Shown here: piece after piece, positions 1 through 8,560 of the stretch
Numbering within the stretch: the stretch's first letter is position 1
Layout of the letters: each line of letters opens with the position of its first letter
Virus record (IMG/VR): IMGVR_UViG_3300028025_001613
Coordinates: 1 to 52,263 of that record
Origin: a virus
Taxonomy: Duplodnaviria; Caudoviricetes
DNA length: 52,263 nucleotides
Reading direction: 5' to 3' (one strand)
Made by a program: the position numbers and the translations under genes
The notes under the pieces: generated by a model
The model's input: only the letters and a program-made list of their open reading frames with translations
What the model was told of the DNA's origin: nothing
Database searches by the model: none

Positions 1-123
1 AATCACCGCTTAACAGCTGATGTAGCAGAACTAAAGGATCATTTTGAGAAAGCTCAAGAGTCTCTTATGAATGCATATCAGTTAATAGGTAATATAATGC
101 CAGATAATGATTCAGTATACTAA
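1..123 (+). CDS. 3' end of a hypothetical protein (partial, starts before the window)
   Basis: Frame 1 is open from base 1 (NHRLTADVAELKDHFEK...) to TAA at 121-123 and overlaps the next start. Confidence 0.6.
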   Translation, partial: NHRLTADVAELKDHFEKAQESLMNAYQLIGNIMPDNDSVY

Positions 124-670
124 ACTTCCTATACCTGATGATACAGCATGGGATATTAAAAGAAAGCCAATATGGCTACGTCATATAAACTGGCGTATAA
201 AAGAATTCTTTAGATCTGTTTATAATGTAATTCGTTGGTTACCAACTATCTGGAAAGATAGAGATTGGGATGACTATTATATTACTAAACTTTTACAAAA
301 GAAAATTGAACATCAGCGTGAGTATTTAGTTAAAGCTAATAGACATGTTAATGTAGACAGAGATAATTTCTGGATGACAGTAGTACTTAATCTTTTAGAG
401 CGTAAGCATGAAGAGTATTATAATATGGAAAAGTATAAATATGTAGTTATGGGAGATGAAGTCTTTGCTGACTACAAATCAGATACACTAGATGAATATA
501 TTAAAAAATATCCTAGTGCTGAAAGAGCTGCTAAAAAGAAATACCCTAAGTATTCTCATTTTGATGACAGAGATGCTTTAGCACATTTTATGTGTCATAT
601 ACGTCAGAAAAAAGCTGATGACTTAATATTTGAAATTCTTAAAAGACATTCCGCTGAATGGTGGGATTAA
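107..670 (+). CDS. Hypothetical phage protein
   Basis: 187 aa ORF with a WKDRDWD motif and C-terminal WWD, tightly packed in the operon. Confidence 0.8.
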   Translation: MIQYTKLPIPDDTAWDIKRKPIWLRHINWRIKEFFRSVYNVIRWLPTIWKDRDWDDYYITKLLQKKIEHQREYLVKANRHVNVDRDNFWMTVVLNLLERKHEEYYNMEKYKYVVMGDEVFADYKSDTLDEYIKKYPSAERAAKKKYPKYSHFDDRDALAHFMCHIRQKKADDLIFEILKRHSAEWWD

Positions 671-680
671 ATAATTTATT

Positions 681-1232
681 ATGACAGAAGAAAAATATAT
701 AGACTTAAAAGATACCTATCTTAAAAACATTAAGAAATACATGACAGAAGAGGGAGGATTATTTTCTCATATCAGCATCTTTGCTGAAAAACTAAACTGT
801 GATGAAGATGATGATGAAGCAAATAAAACTGCTATCATTCATATTCCTTTACCTGATAAAATAGCTAATTCAGAAGAAGGTAAAGAATACTTTGTTACTA
901 AAATGCTACCTGAAATAGCTAATACATTAAAAGAAAGTTTTATAACAACAGGTGTAGCCTGGGCTTCTGAAGCTTGGTTAAGAACTTCTCATATTGATGA
1001 TAAAAAGTTTGAGAACTGGAAAGACATGCCTATAAAAAAAGAAGTGTTAATGGTTGCTATAGAATCTAAATTTGGCAATGAAGCTTCAATATACGAGATA
1101 GTTCGTAAAGGCATGCAGGTAACCGAGGACGGGTTAGCTGATACAATTGAATTAATTAAAGATGAAAAGTTAAGTGGTAATGATTTACCTTTACAAGGTA
1201 GATTTACTGGACTATATCAAAAATTTATATAA
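681..1232 (+). CDS. Hypothetical protein
   Basis: 183 aa ORF with AT-rich leader and SEAW motif. Confidence 0.8.
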   Translation: MTEEKYIDLKDTYLKNIKKYMTEEGGLFSHISIFAEKLNCDEDDDEANKTAIIHIPLPDKIANSEEGKEYFVTKMLPEIANTLKESFITTGVAWASEAWLRTSHIDDKKFENWKDMPIKKEVLMVAIESKFGNEASIYEIVRKGMQVTEDGLADTIELIKDEKLSGNDLPLQGRFTGLYQKFI

Positions 1233-1396
1233 TGACAAAATGGATTAAAGACTTATTTAAATCAAGTAAAGTAAAAGAATTAGAACTACACATAGTAGTT
1301 TTAGAAAGAGAGCTTTTAAAAAGACAAGAGGACATCAATAAAACCAATGCTTATTGGAAAAGAAAGATGCATAACCTCAAAAAGAAGGAGGATTAA
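1232..1396 (+). CDS. Small coiled-coil hypothetical protein (54 aa, not in ORF track)
   Basis: TAATG coupling to upstream stop; MTKWIKDLFKSSKVKELEL...KKKED*. Confidence 0.65.
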   Translation: MTKWIKDLFKSSKVKELELHIVVLERELLKRQEDINKTNAYWKRKMHNLKKKED

Positions 1397-1437
1397 TAGT
1401 TTATAGCTCTATTATCCAATGTATTAATAATCAACTG

Positions 1438-1468
1438 TTTGTAAATTAAGCTTTAGTAAGTAGTTTTA
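1438..1468 (+). promoter_or_regulatory. Bacteroidetes-type primary-sigma promoter
   Basis: TTTG-N19-TAGTTTTA, close to the -33/-7 consensus TTTG/TAnnTTTG, 20 nt before ATG 1489. Confidence 0.5.
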
Positions 1469-1488
1469 TATGAAATAATACTACAATT

Positions 1489-1746
1489 ATGCTTTATCAA
1501 TTGCCAAACGGAAAGGTAATAGAGATAAGTACAGAGCAATACATTGAAATGTCAGACGAAGAGTTTGAATACTTAATAGCTTATAACTATGGTGAGGTTG
1601 TTGAAGATCCATGGTTTGGTTCAGTGATAAGTAAGGCAGATAATTCTAAAGAAGATGTTACAGACGCTATTCCTGACTTAACAGATATACCTATATCAGA
1701 AAGACTTGTTAATCCTGATCTTGACATGCAAAGAGAAGAAGATTAA
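1489..1746 (+). CDS. Small acidic hypothetical protein
   Basis: 85 aa ORF between a promoter-like site and a terminator. Confidence 0.8.
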   Translation: MLYQLPNGKVIEISTEQYIEMSDEEFEYLIAYNYGEVVEDPWFGSVISKADNSKEDVTDAIPDLTDIPISERLVNPDLDMQREED

Positions 1747-1770
1747 GACAACTTTTAATTATTACACTAT

Positions 1771-1805
1771 TCCCCTAGGTTTATAATCTAGGGGATTTTT
1801 ATTTT
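1771..1805 (+). terminator. Rho-independent terminator
   Basis: TCCCCTAG...CTAGGGGA stem followed by a T tract. Confidence 0.8.
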
Positions 1806-1828
1806 AAACAAAATACAAAACACGCAAC

Positions 1829-2290
1829 ATGCAGAAAGTTAAAGTGTCAGCAGACAAAAATGGTAACATTGTAGCCATTTCAGAAAGTAATCCAGAGTAT
1901 GGATATATCCGTGTAGAGCAAAATGCTTTAGAAGTAAACGGTAACAGTTGGTTAAAAATTGTAAAGAGATCCACCTTAATTAAAGGTAAGGTTACAGATT
2001 TAGTAGAAGCAGGATTTAAAAGTAATCAAGAGCTTCCAGGTAAGATTATTGTTATAGAATCATTTGAGCCATTCAATCCAGAAAATCCTGATAGGGATTT
2101 AAAGATTGCAGGTAAGACTGGAGTTATATGTAGATATGATGATCAACCTATTTATAGACAATCATTCTATACTACAAATCCAGATGCTGAGGATCAATTT
2201 ATTCCTCATAATAACACTGCTGAAATTAGAGAAGTTCAGTTAGCTCAGAGTGCTATTAATACATTAAATCCAACTGAAATAGACTTATAA
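1829..2290 (+). CDS. Hypothetical protein, possibly OB-fold/ssDNA-binding
   Basis: 153 aa beta-rich ORF flanked by terminators; function is a guess. Confidence 0.7.
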   Translation: MQKVKVSADKNGNIVAISESNPEYGYIRVEQNALEVNGNSWLKIVKRSTLIKGKVTDLVEAGFKSNQELPGKIIVIESFEPFNPENPDRDLKIAGKTGVICRYDDQPIYRQSFYTTNPDAEDQFIPHNNTAEIREVQLAQSAINTLNPTEIDL

Positions 2291-2310
2291 ATTTCAAATT
2301 ATACATAGAT

Positions 2311-2342
2311 AAAGGCTCAGGTAATCTGGGCCTTTTTTCTTA
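2311..2342 (+). terminator. Rho-independent terminator
   Basis: AAGGCTCAG-gtaat-CTGGGCCTT stem followed by a T tract. Confidence 0.75.
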
Positions 2343-2371
2343 TATTTACCAATCACATAATACATCACAAC

Positions 2372-2890
2372 ATGTACAATCATCACAAAACCGTATCTGC
2401 TAACTCTAGGGGAATAATAATTTCTTTTAGAGATATCAACAAACATAAGTTTATGGCTTATGACAATCAGTACGTAAATGAGCTTCAATTAAAAGGTAGA
2501 TCAAAATACCAACAGATTGAACCTCCAGTGTTTAACTTTAAACAACAACAGATTTATTCTGAAGCTGTATATGGTCTTAACATATTTAGCAAAGAAGATT
2601 TACAAAAAATGCCGGCTAGTAAAAAGTCAGCAATCCTTAGCCATTTTAATAAGGTGCAAAGGTTTTTAAATGCATGGAAACAAGAAATAGTTAATACTAA
2701 AGTTGATTCTTTCTTATTAAAGCTATTCCCACGATCATCTGTTATAAAACATATGGTGGAAATTAAAGGGTCTGATGACACTTTAAAAGACAAACATTCA
2801 TTTAAGGAACTTGGTATCAGTAAAAAGATGATAGCTAGCAAACTTATAGAAGCAAGATTATTACCAAAAGAATTTTTTAAACTTAGTTAA
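2372..2890 (+). CDS. Hypothetical protein
   Basis: 172 aa ORF. Confidence 0.75.
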   Translation: MYNHHKTVSANSRGIIISFRDINKHKFMAYDNQYVNELQLKGRSKYQQIEPPVFNFKQQQIYSEAVYGLNIFSKEDLQKMPASKKSAILSHFNKVQRFLNAWKQEIVNTKVDSFLLKLFPRSSVIKHMVEIKGSDDTLKDKHSFKELGISKKMIASKLIEARLLPKEFFKLS

Positions 2891-2894
2891 ACTT

Positions 2895-3104
2895 ATGCAA
2901 AATATATTTGTAACAGACAATGATGTTCAGCTTGTGTTAGTCCCTGATAATGAATTAGATAGACTATTACTTAGTAAACTATTAGACAATGGTCCAGTAG
3001 AAATTATTAAAGTTAGTCAACCTATAGGTGTTATGGGGCAATCTATACAAGATGGAATTATTGTTAAAAGAAAAATATCCTCAGATGATTCAAGCAAAAC
3101 TTAA
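2895..3104 (+). CDS. Hypothetical protein
   Basis: 69 aa ORF, operon spacing. Confidence 0.7.
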   Translation: MQNIFVTDNDVQLVLVPDNELDRLLLSKLLDNGPVEIIKVSQPIGVMGQSIQDGIIVKRKISSDDSSKT

Positions 3105-3561
3105 AATATGTGCCGGCTGTAATCAGCCTAAACATATTTGGAAATCTGATGGTAAAGATAAATACTGTAAGGAGTGCTGGTATCAACATCAGCCTCCAAA
3201 AGGTATGCCTAAGCCAACCAAGAGACCTAATCCTGTTAGTAAAAAGATGAAAGAAACCATAGATGAGTATTCTAAACTTAGAAACTTATATATGATAGCT
3301 AATCCTAATTGTAAAGCAGGATTAATAGGCTGTACTAGTATAGCCACCGATGTTCATCATAAAGCAGGAAGAGGAGAAAACCATTTAAAAGTCTCTACTT
3401 GGCTTCCAGTGTGCAGATCATGTCACCGTTGGATTGAAGAAAATCCAGATGAAGCTAAAGAATTAGGCTTATCAGAATCACGTTTAAATAACCAAAAGCA
3501 ACACATCATTGATATTATGAAAGCTGATGAAGATGATGGATTGTATGATCAAAACAAATAA
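3085..3561 (+). CDS. Zn-finger/HNH-like nuclease protein
   Basis: CxxC...CxxC N-terminus, then C-x6-C...DVHH...CRSCH; ATG 3085 preferred over the track start at 3028. Confidence 0.65.
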   Translation: MIQAKLKICAGCNQPKHIWKSDGKDKYCKECWYQHQPPKGMPKPTKRPNPVSKKMKETIDEYSKLRNLYMIANPNCKAGLIGCTSIATDVHHKAGRGENHLKVSTWLPVCRSCHRWIEENPDEAKELGLSESRLNNQKQHIIDIMKADEDDGLYDQNK

Positions 3562-3564
3562 CTT

Positions 3565-3768
3565 ATGAAAAGATTAATTGTCTTATTAGTATTATTTACA
3601 AGCTGTGGAGTAACAACAGCTTCTGAAGATATGGAAAGTCTTCAAAAGAAATATGATGTAGTATATCGTATATCTAATCATGAATACATAGTTATTGACT
3701 CTTTAGGTACATATGATATAAGAGTAGAAGATGACGGTACACCTTATTCTAAAGTTAAAATCAAATAA
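3565..3768 (+). CDS. Small lipoprotein
   Basis: MKRLIVLLVLFTSC: signal peptide with lipobox. Confidence 0.7.
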   Translation: MKRLIVLLVLFTSCGVTTASEDMESLQKKYDVVYRISNHEYIVIDSLGTYDIRVEDDGTPYSKVKIK

Positions 3769-3770
3769 AT

Positions 3771-4085
3771 ATGACATTTGAAAAATTAAAAGAGACGTAT
3801 GCTCATCTAGTAATTGATTGGGCTACAAGAAACCAGTACACAATCTCAGATCATGTACAGTTTATAATCATTAACATCTTATTACATAGAGATAAGATTA
3901 TTGGTCATGGTGGAAGCTTTATTCAAGCTTTTATGGCTAATAACTTACATGATGTAATTAGATATGCAGACAATGAAGTAATGACTAACTTAAGAACTAT
4001 CTATCAAGCCTATCAAAATATAGATACTTATTATCCAGCTAAGGCATTTAGAGATGAGTTAGAAAAACAACAAACTACATTATAA
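3771..4085 (+). CDS. Hypothetical protein
   Basis: 104 aa ORF with GGSFIQA motif, coupled to the helicase. Confidence 0.75.
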   Translation: MTFEKLKETYAHLVIDWATRNQYTISDHVQFIIINILLHRDKIIGHGGSFIQAFMANNLHDVIRYADNEVMTNLRTIYQAYQNIDTYYPAKAFRDELEKQQTTL

Positions 4086-5191
4086 TGTCTAAAAGAGAAA
4101 CTATCCAACAAGAAGCCTTAGATATGGCTATTAAACACAAACGTTGTGGTCTTGGTATATCTATGGGTGTTGGAAAGACACTCATAGGACTTAAATATGT
4201 AGATCATTTTAGAGATTTAAATTCAAAGCTTAGGGTGCTAGTAGTAGCCCCTAAGCTTTCTATATTTGATAGCTGGAAAGATGATGGAGATAAATTTGGC
4301 ATTAGCCATGATAATATGGAGTTTACAACTTATTTGTCAATAAATAAGTATAACCCTAATAATTATGATCTAATTGTATTAGATGAGTGTCATAGTTTAT
4401 TAGACTCTCATGAAATCTTTTTAGCCAACTTTACAGGTAGAATATTAGGACTCACTGGTACTCCTCCAAGATATACAAAATCAGAGAAGGGTCAGATGGT
4501 AAACACATATTGTCCTATACTATATACATATGTAACAGATAATGCTGTAGACGATAGTATTTTAAATGATTATAAAATTTTAGTACATAGAATGTCTATT
4601 AGTACAAGATTAAATATGTCTGTTAAAGCAAAGGTTGGTAGTTTTTATACTTCTGAAAAGAAGAATTATGATTACTGGACTAAAAGAATAATGGATGCTC
4701 AATCTAAAAAGCAGGAGCAGATAGCTTCTGTAATGAGAATGAGAGCTATTATGGATTTTCGTACTAAAGAAAAGTATACTAAACAGTTACTAGAAAATAT
4801 AGAAGATAAATGTATTGTATTTTGTAATACGCAAGATCAAGCTGATAGAATCTGTACATATTCATATCATTCAACTAATAGAGATTCAGAAGATAATCTA
4901 CAAAGATTTAAAGATGGAAAAATAGATCAACTATCATGTGTTATGCAACTTAATGAAGGTGTTAATATTCCTAATTTAAGAGCAGGAATAATTATGCATG
5001 CATTTGGTAATGAAAGAAAGTCCAATCAAAGAATTGGTAGATTGTTAAGACTTAATCCAGATGATACAGCTTATATCCATATACTATGCTATAAAGATAC
5101 TGTAGATGAGAAATGGGTTACAGAAGCTCTTAAAGACTTAGATCCTAAAAAAATAAAATACTTTGATGTAAATCCTTATGACAATGAGTAA
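4085..5191 (+). CDS. Superfamily 2 (DExH) helicase
   Basis: Motifs GVGKT, LDECH, LTGT, NEGVNIP, QRIGRLLR. Confidence 0.92.
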   Translation: MSKRETIQQEALDMAIKHKRCGLGISMGVGKTLIGLKYVDHFRDLNSKLRVLVVAPKLSIFDSWKDDGDKFGISHDNMEFTTYLSINKYNPNNYDLIVLDECHSLLDSHEIFLANFTGRILGLTGTPPRYTKSEKGQMVNTYCPILYTYVTDNAVDDSILNDYKILVHRMSISTRLNMSVKAKVGSFYTSEKKNYDYWTKRIMDAQSKKQEQIASVMRMRAIMDFRTKEKYTKQLLENIEDKCIVFCNTQDQADRICTYSYHSTNRDSEDNLQRFKDGKIDQLSCVMQLNEGVNIPNLRAGIIMHAFGNERKSNQRIGRLLRLNPDDTAYIHILCYKDTVDEKWVTEALKDLDPKKIKYFDVNPYDNE

Positions 5192-5579
5192 TCACTTAAC
5201 AGGTAAGTTTATAAAAAAAGGTGGACGTTTAGACTTTAGTAGTCTTGCGTCATCAAAGCAGTTTGAATTATTTGTATCAAACGTACCTGAGAACAGCATA
5301 GTAGAATTCTTCTATGAAGTTACTCATGATGATGGTACACTTCCACAGCTTGCTAAGCTACATGTAATGCTAAAACAATTAGCAACACATATTGGTGAGA
5401 CTGTAGAGAATATGAAGATACTAGTAAAAGATAGAGCTGGACTATGCATAGCTAGAGAAGTAGCTGGTAAAGAATATTTCTTAGCAAAAAGCTTTGCAGA
5501 GTGTTCTAAAGATGAGCTGTCCCTTGCTATACAAGCAGCAATTGAAATTAGTCACGAGGTAAATCACCCATTGGTATAG
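5178..5579 (+). CDS. NinB/Orf-like recombination accessory protein (putative)
   Basis: TLPQLAKLHVML...KSFAECSKDEL resembles the NinB pattern. Confidence 0.5.
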   Translation: MTMSNHLTGKFIKKGGRLDFSSLASSKQFELFVSNVPENSIVEFFYEVTHDDGTLPQLAKLHVMLKQLATHIGETVENMKILVKDRAGLCIAREVAGKEYFLAKSFAECSKDELSLAIQAAIEISHEVNHPLV

Positions 5580-5844
5580 TTTCTAACTCTTCTTGTACTG
5601 TTAATCCTTTGCTTTGAGCAACAACTTCTAAATGTCTTACAAAAAAAGATAAGAATGCAAAATGCTCAATCCATTCTTCAGGATACTGATTCTTTAGAAT
5701 ATGCTCTTGAGCTTTAATAATTTCATCTTCAGTTTTACCTTCTAAAATATATAGAAGCAGCTTTTGTAAGTTAATTAAAGTGTTACCTCCAACCTCAATA
5801 GGAAACGTGGTATCTCTTTTAATTGCTGTATAAGTATTAGCCAT
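5548..5844 (-). CDS. Hypothetical protein (lone minus-strand gene)
   Basis: 98 aa ORF filling the gap between two + genes. Confidence 0.75.
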   Translation of the reverse strand: MANTYTAIKRDTTFPIEVGGNTLINLQKLLLYILEGKTEDEIIKAQEHILKNQYPEEWIEHFAFLSFFVRHLEVVAQSKGLTVQEELETIPMGDLPRD

Positions 5845-5880
5845 AAGTGTATATTTATTTATACAAAAATAATCAAATTT

Positions 5881-6597
5881 ATGTTACAAACTGTAGATCT
5901 TGCAGATATAAAATGCAAACTAATAGAAAAATTAAAACCATCAGGCTGGTCAACTAAGCTTAAAAGCTTTGTGCAATCATCTGATTTTGATAAGATTTTA
6001 CAGAATTTATATGATTTAAGAGAATCAGGTAAAAGATTTACCCCGCCTCTTAAACAAGTATTTAGAGCATTTGAAGAATGCCCCGTAGATAAACTACGTG
6101 TAATTATAATAGGACAAGATCCTTATCCTCAGCTAGGTGTAGCAGACGGGTTAGCTTTTTCATGTGGTAACACTGATAAACCTCAACCAAGTCTACGAAA
6201 CATGTTTGAGGCAGTAGAACAAACTGTATATCAAGAGTTTCCAACTCATCAAGATCCAAATCTTACAAGATGGGCTAATCAAGGTGTGCTATTAATAAAT
6301 AAAGCACTCACTTGTGAAGTTGATAAGGTTGGATCTCACTATGAGGTATGGCATGAGTTCTTGATGTATGTGTTAGATATACTAAACTTTACAGACAGCG
6401 GTTTAATCTTTGTATTATTAGGTAAACCTGCACAAGAGCTAGAAAGTTTAATAGGTCCTAATCATTATATTATTAAAGCTAGCCATCCGGCTTCAGCTGC
6501 TTATACAAAAACAGTATGGGACTGCAATGACCTTTTTAACAAGGTGAATGAGATTATTACAAAAAGTAATGGTCCAGAATTTACAATCAATTGGTAA
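5881..6597 (+). CDS. ung: Uracil-DNA glycosylase, family 1
   Basis: GQDPY, GLAFS, WANQGVLLIN and HP motifs. Confidence 0.95.
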   Translation: MLQTVDLADIKCKLIEKLKPSGWSTKLKSFVQSSDFDKILQNLYDLRESGKRFTPPLKQVFRAFEECPVDKLRVIIIGQDPYPQLGVADGLAFSCGNTDKPQPSLRNMFEAVEQTVYQEFPTHQDPNLTRWANQGVLLINKALTCEVDKVGSHYEVWHEFLMYVLDILNFTDSGLIFVLLGKPAQELESLIGPNHYIIKASHPASAAYTKTVWDCNDLFNKVNEIITKSNGPEFTINW

Positions 6598-6615
6598 TCA
6601 ATTAAAAACAATTTT

Positions 6616-7056
6616 ATGGCTATTCAGAAAGAAAACGTGTCAATTGATGTACAAGACATCATTGAATTATTACATAGTGGTTATACTTGGTATAAGAAAG
6701 ATGACTTAGGATATGGTTCCATCCAAGAGAAGTTTAACGCTCTAGATATTCATATCAAAACTATCCAAAAACATCCTGAATTAAAAGATGTGGATACAAT
6801 AGCTAAAGTATTTGTAATTACTAACAGAAACAAACAAACTAATGGAACAGGAACAACCACCAATACCGTTAATAACTCCACAGATGGAATCTCTATGGAA
6901 AGCTTACTTAAACCTGAGCAAAAATCTGATACTAGGATGCCAGGAGAGACAAGCTTACCTACAATCAGTAACAGAACTATTGATGAAAGAACAGACACTG
7001 TTCTTGCAGAAAACACAACAGTTACCTCTGATCTCTCAGCCTTTGCCAGCCTCTAA
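6616..7056 (+). CDS. Hypothetical protein with T/S-rich C-terminal half
   Basis: 146 aa ORF with A-rich leader; 3' 215 nt overlap the next ORF. Confidence 0.7.
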   Translation: MAIQKENVSIDVQDIIELLHSGYTWYKKDDLGYGSIQEKFNALDIHIKTIQKHPELKDVDTIAKVFVITNRNKQTNGTGTTTNTVNNSTDGISMESLLKPEQKSDTRMPGETSLPTISNRTIDERTDTVLAENTTVTSDLSAFASL

Positions 7057-8416
7057 TTTAAGACCAAGTCCTACTATGAGTGCAACACAGTTTCCTATAG
7101 GACGTCAACTAATAGGTAACGATGGTAATACATGGGAAGTAAAACCTACACATTCAGGCGTAAAACGTTGGGTTAGAGCTTATACTAGACCTACTCCATC
7201 AATAAATACTAGCATTATTAATACAAATGCTCAACAATCATTTAAATACAAACAAAATAACATGTCTAAAGTAAAATCTATTACAAAGAAAACTACTCAG
7301 GAAGTAAGAACAATTGACACTTCATTAATCAATAAGGAAGAAGTGTTTAAAATGCTAGCATTAGCAGAAGCTACAGGATTACCATGTCTTCTTGTAGGTC
7401 AACCGGGAGTAGCTAAAACCAAAACAATTATTGATTATGCTAAAGCATGGTTAAATAGAGATGGCAATATGTCTGCAGAAGACTTTGCTAACAAGATTTA
7501 TATCTTGGAGACAGATGAAGGCACTAAAGCTTCAGAAATTAAGGGTATGCCTGATTTAGGTAAGTTATTTACTAATAATGAATATGATCTTAATACACCA
7601 ATTGCTGATGCAGAGATCGTTATTATCAACGAGGTTGACAAAGCAAGCTCTGGTATCAGAAATGCAATGTTAGGTGTAATGAACGAGAAGTTCTTATTTA
7701 ACGGTAAGCACAAGATCCCATGTAAATGGAAATTATTTGTAGCTACTTGTAATGAAATCCCTAAAGATGAGATTGGATCTCCATTCTGGGACCGTTTCAT
7801 GTTAAAGATGACCGTTAACCGTGTATCTGCAGGTGAATTAGCTAAATATTTTAGCAAAGGAGCTCGTAATTATAAAGAGAAATTCTCTATTGGTGTACCT
7901 AATAAGCAAGAAATTGAAAACTTAGAAGTACCACCAAACAAGTTAGAGAAGTACTTAGAAGTGGGTTATCAACATAGCTCAGATCGTACATTAACATTTG
8001 TGCCTAGTTTAACTAAGGCTGTTAGTTACATCTGGGATATTAGTCTTGATAAAGCTCTTGTAAAGACAGCTCAGATTATGATTTCTCAAGCTGCAGGTTC
8101 AGAGTTACAGAATAAGTTGATGAGTCCAGAAATTAAAGCAGTTATGTCTAAGGTGGAGATGTTACATTCTCATAGCTCTAATGAGCAATTAGAACTAGCT
8201 ATTGCAGAGATTGAAGGATTGATTAACACTTATACTTCTCGTGGTATTATGGATGAAGGTCAAGTAGAAGAGATTGAATTATCAATGCAATATATTCTAG
8301 AGAATCATCCTGCTAGAGAAGTTAAAGTAACTGAAGATTTTGAAGCTATGATGTCTGAGGCAGAAGTAGTAAATGATACTATGTTACAAGCAAACACTAC
8401 TAGTAACCCTTTTTAG
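6842..8416 (+). CDS. MoxR/RavA-like AAA+ ATPase (core probably starts at ATG 7262)
   Basis: Walker A GQPGVAKT, Walker B-like IINEVDKA, ATCNE, DRF arginine finger; next to a vWA gene. Confidence 0.85.
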   Translation: MEQEQPPIPLITPQMESLWKAYLNLSKNLILGCQERQAYLQSVTELLMKEQTLFLQKTQQLPLISQPLPASNLRPSPTMSATQFPIGRQLIGNDGNTWEVKPTHSGVKRWVRAYTRPTPSINTSIINTNAQQSFKYKQNNMSKVKSITKKTTQEVRTIDTSLINKEEVFKMLALAEATGLPCLLVGQPGVAKTKTIIDYAKAWLNRDGNMSAEDFANKIYILETDEGTKASEIKGMPDLGKLFTNNEYDLNTPIADAEIVIINEVDKASSGIRNAMLGVMNEKFLFNGKHKIPCKWKLFVATCNEIPKDEIGSPFWDRFMLKMTVNRVSAGELAKYFSKGARNYKEKFSIGVPNKQEIENLEVPPNKLEKYLEVGYQHSSDRTLTFVPSLTKAVSYIWDISLDKALVKTAQIMISQAAGSELQNKLMSPEIKAVMSKVEMLHSHSSNEQLELAIAEIEGLINTYTSRGIMDEGQVEEIELSMQYILENHPAREVKVTEDFEAMMSEAEVVNDTMLQANTTSNPF

Positions 8417-8560
8417 AACAGGGTTATATAAATATAAGAGGTCATGTCTATTTAAAAGACGGAATCGTATATAGTTTAAATGTGCTCACTGGTCAACTGA
8501 AAGAAGTTTTTTCTATGGCTGGTGAGCCCACTTTAAATAATAACCCTAAAAATTAATAAA

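Noticed and set aside
5881-6597. Uracil-substituted genome suggested by dCTP deaminase
   Set aside because: An apparently intact UNG is encoded, which is incompatible with dU-DNA
8373-8474. Alternative 33-codon ORF (MILCYKQ...) after the ATPase
   Set aside because: Covers only part of the gap and looks less protein-like than the -1 frame, though not formally excluded
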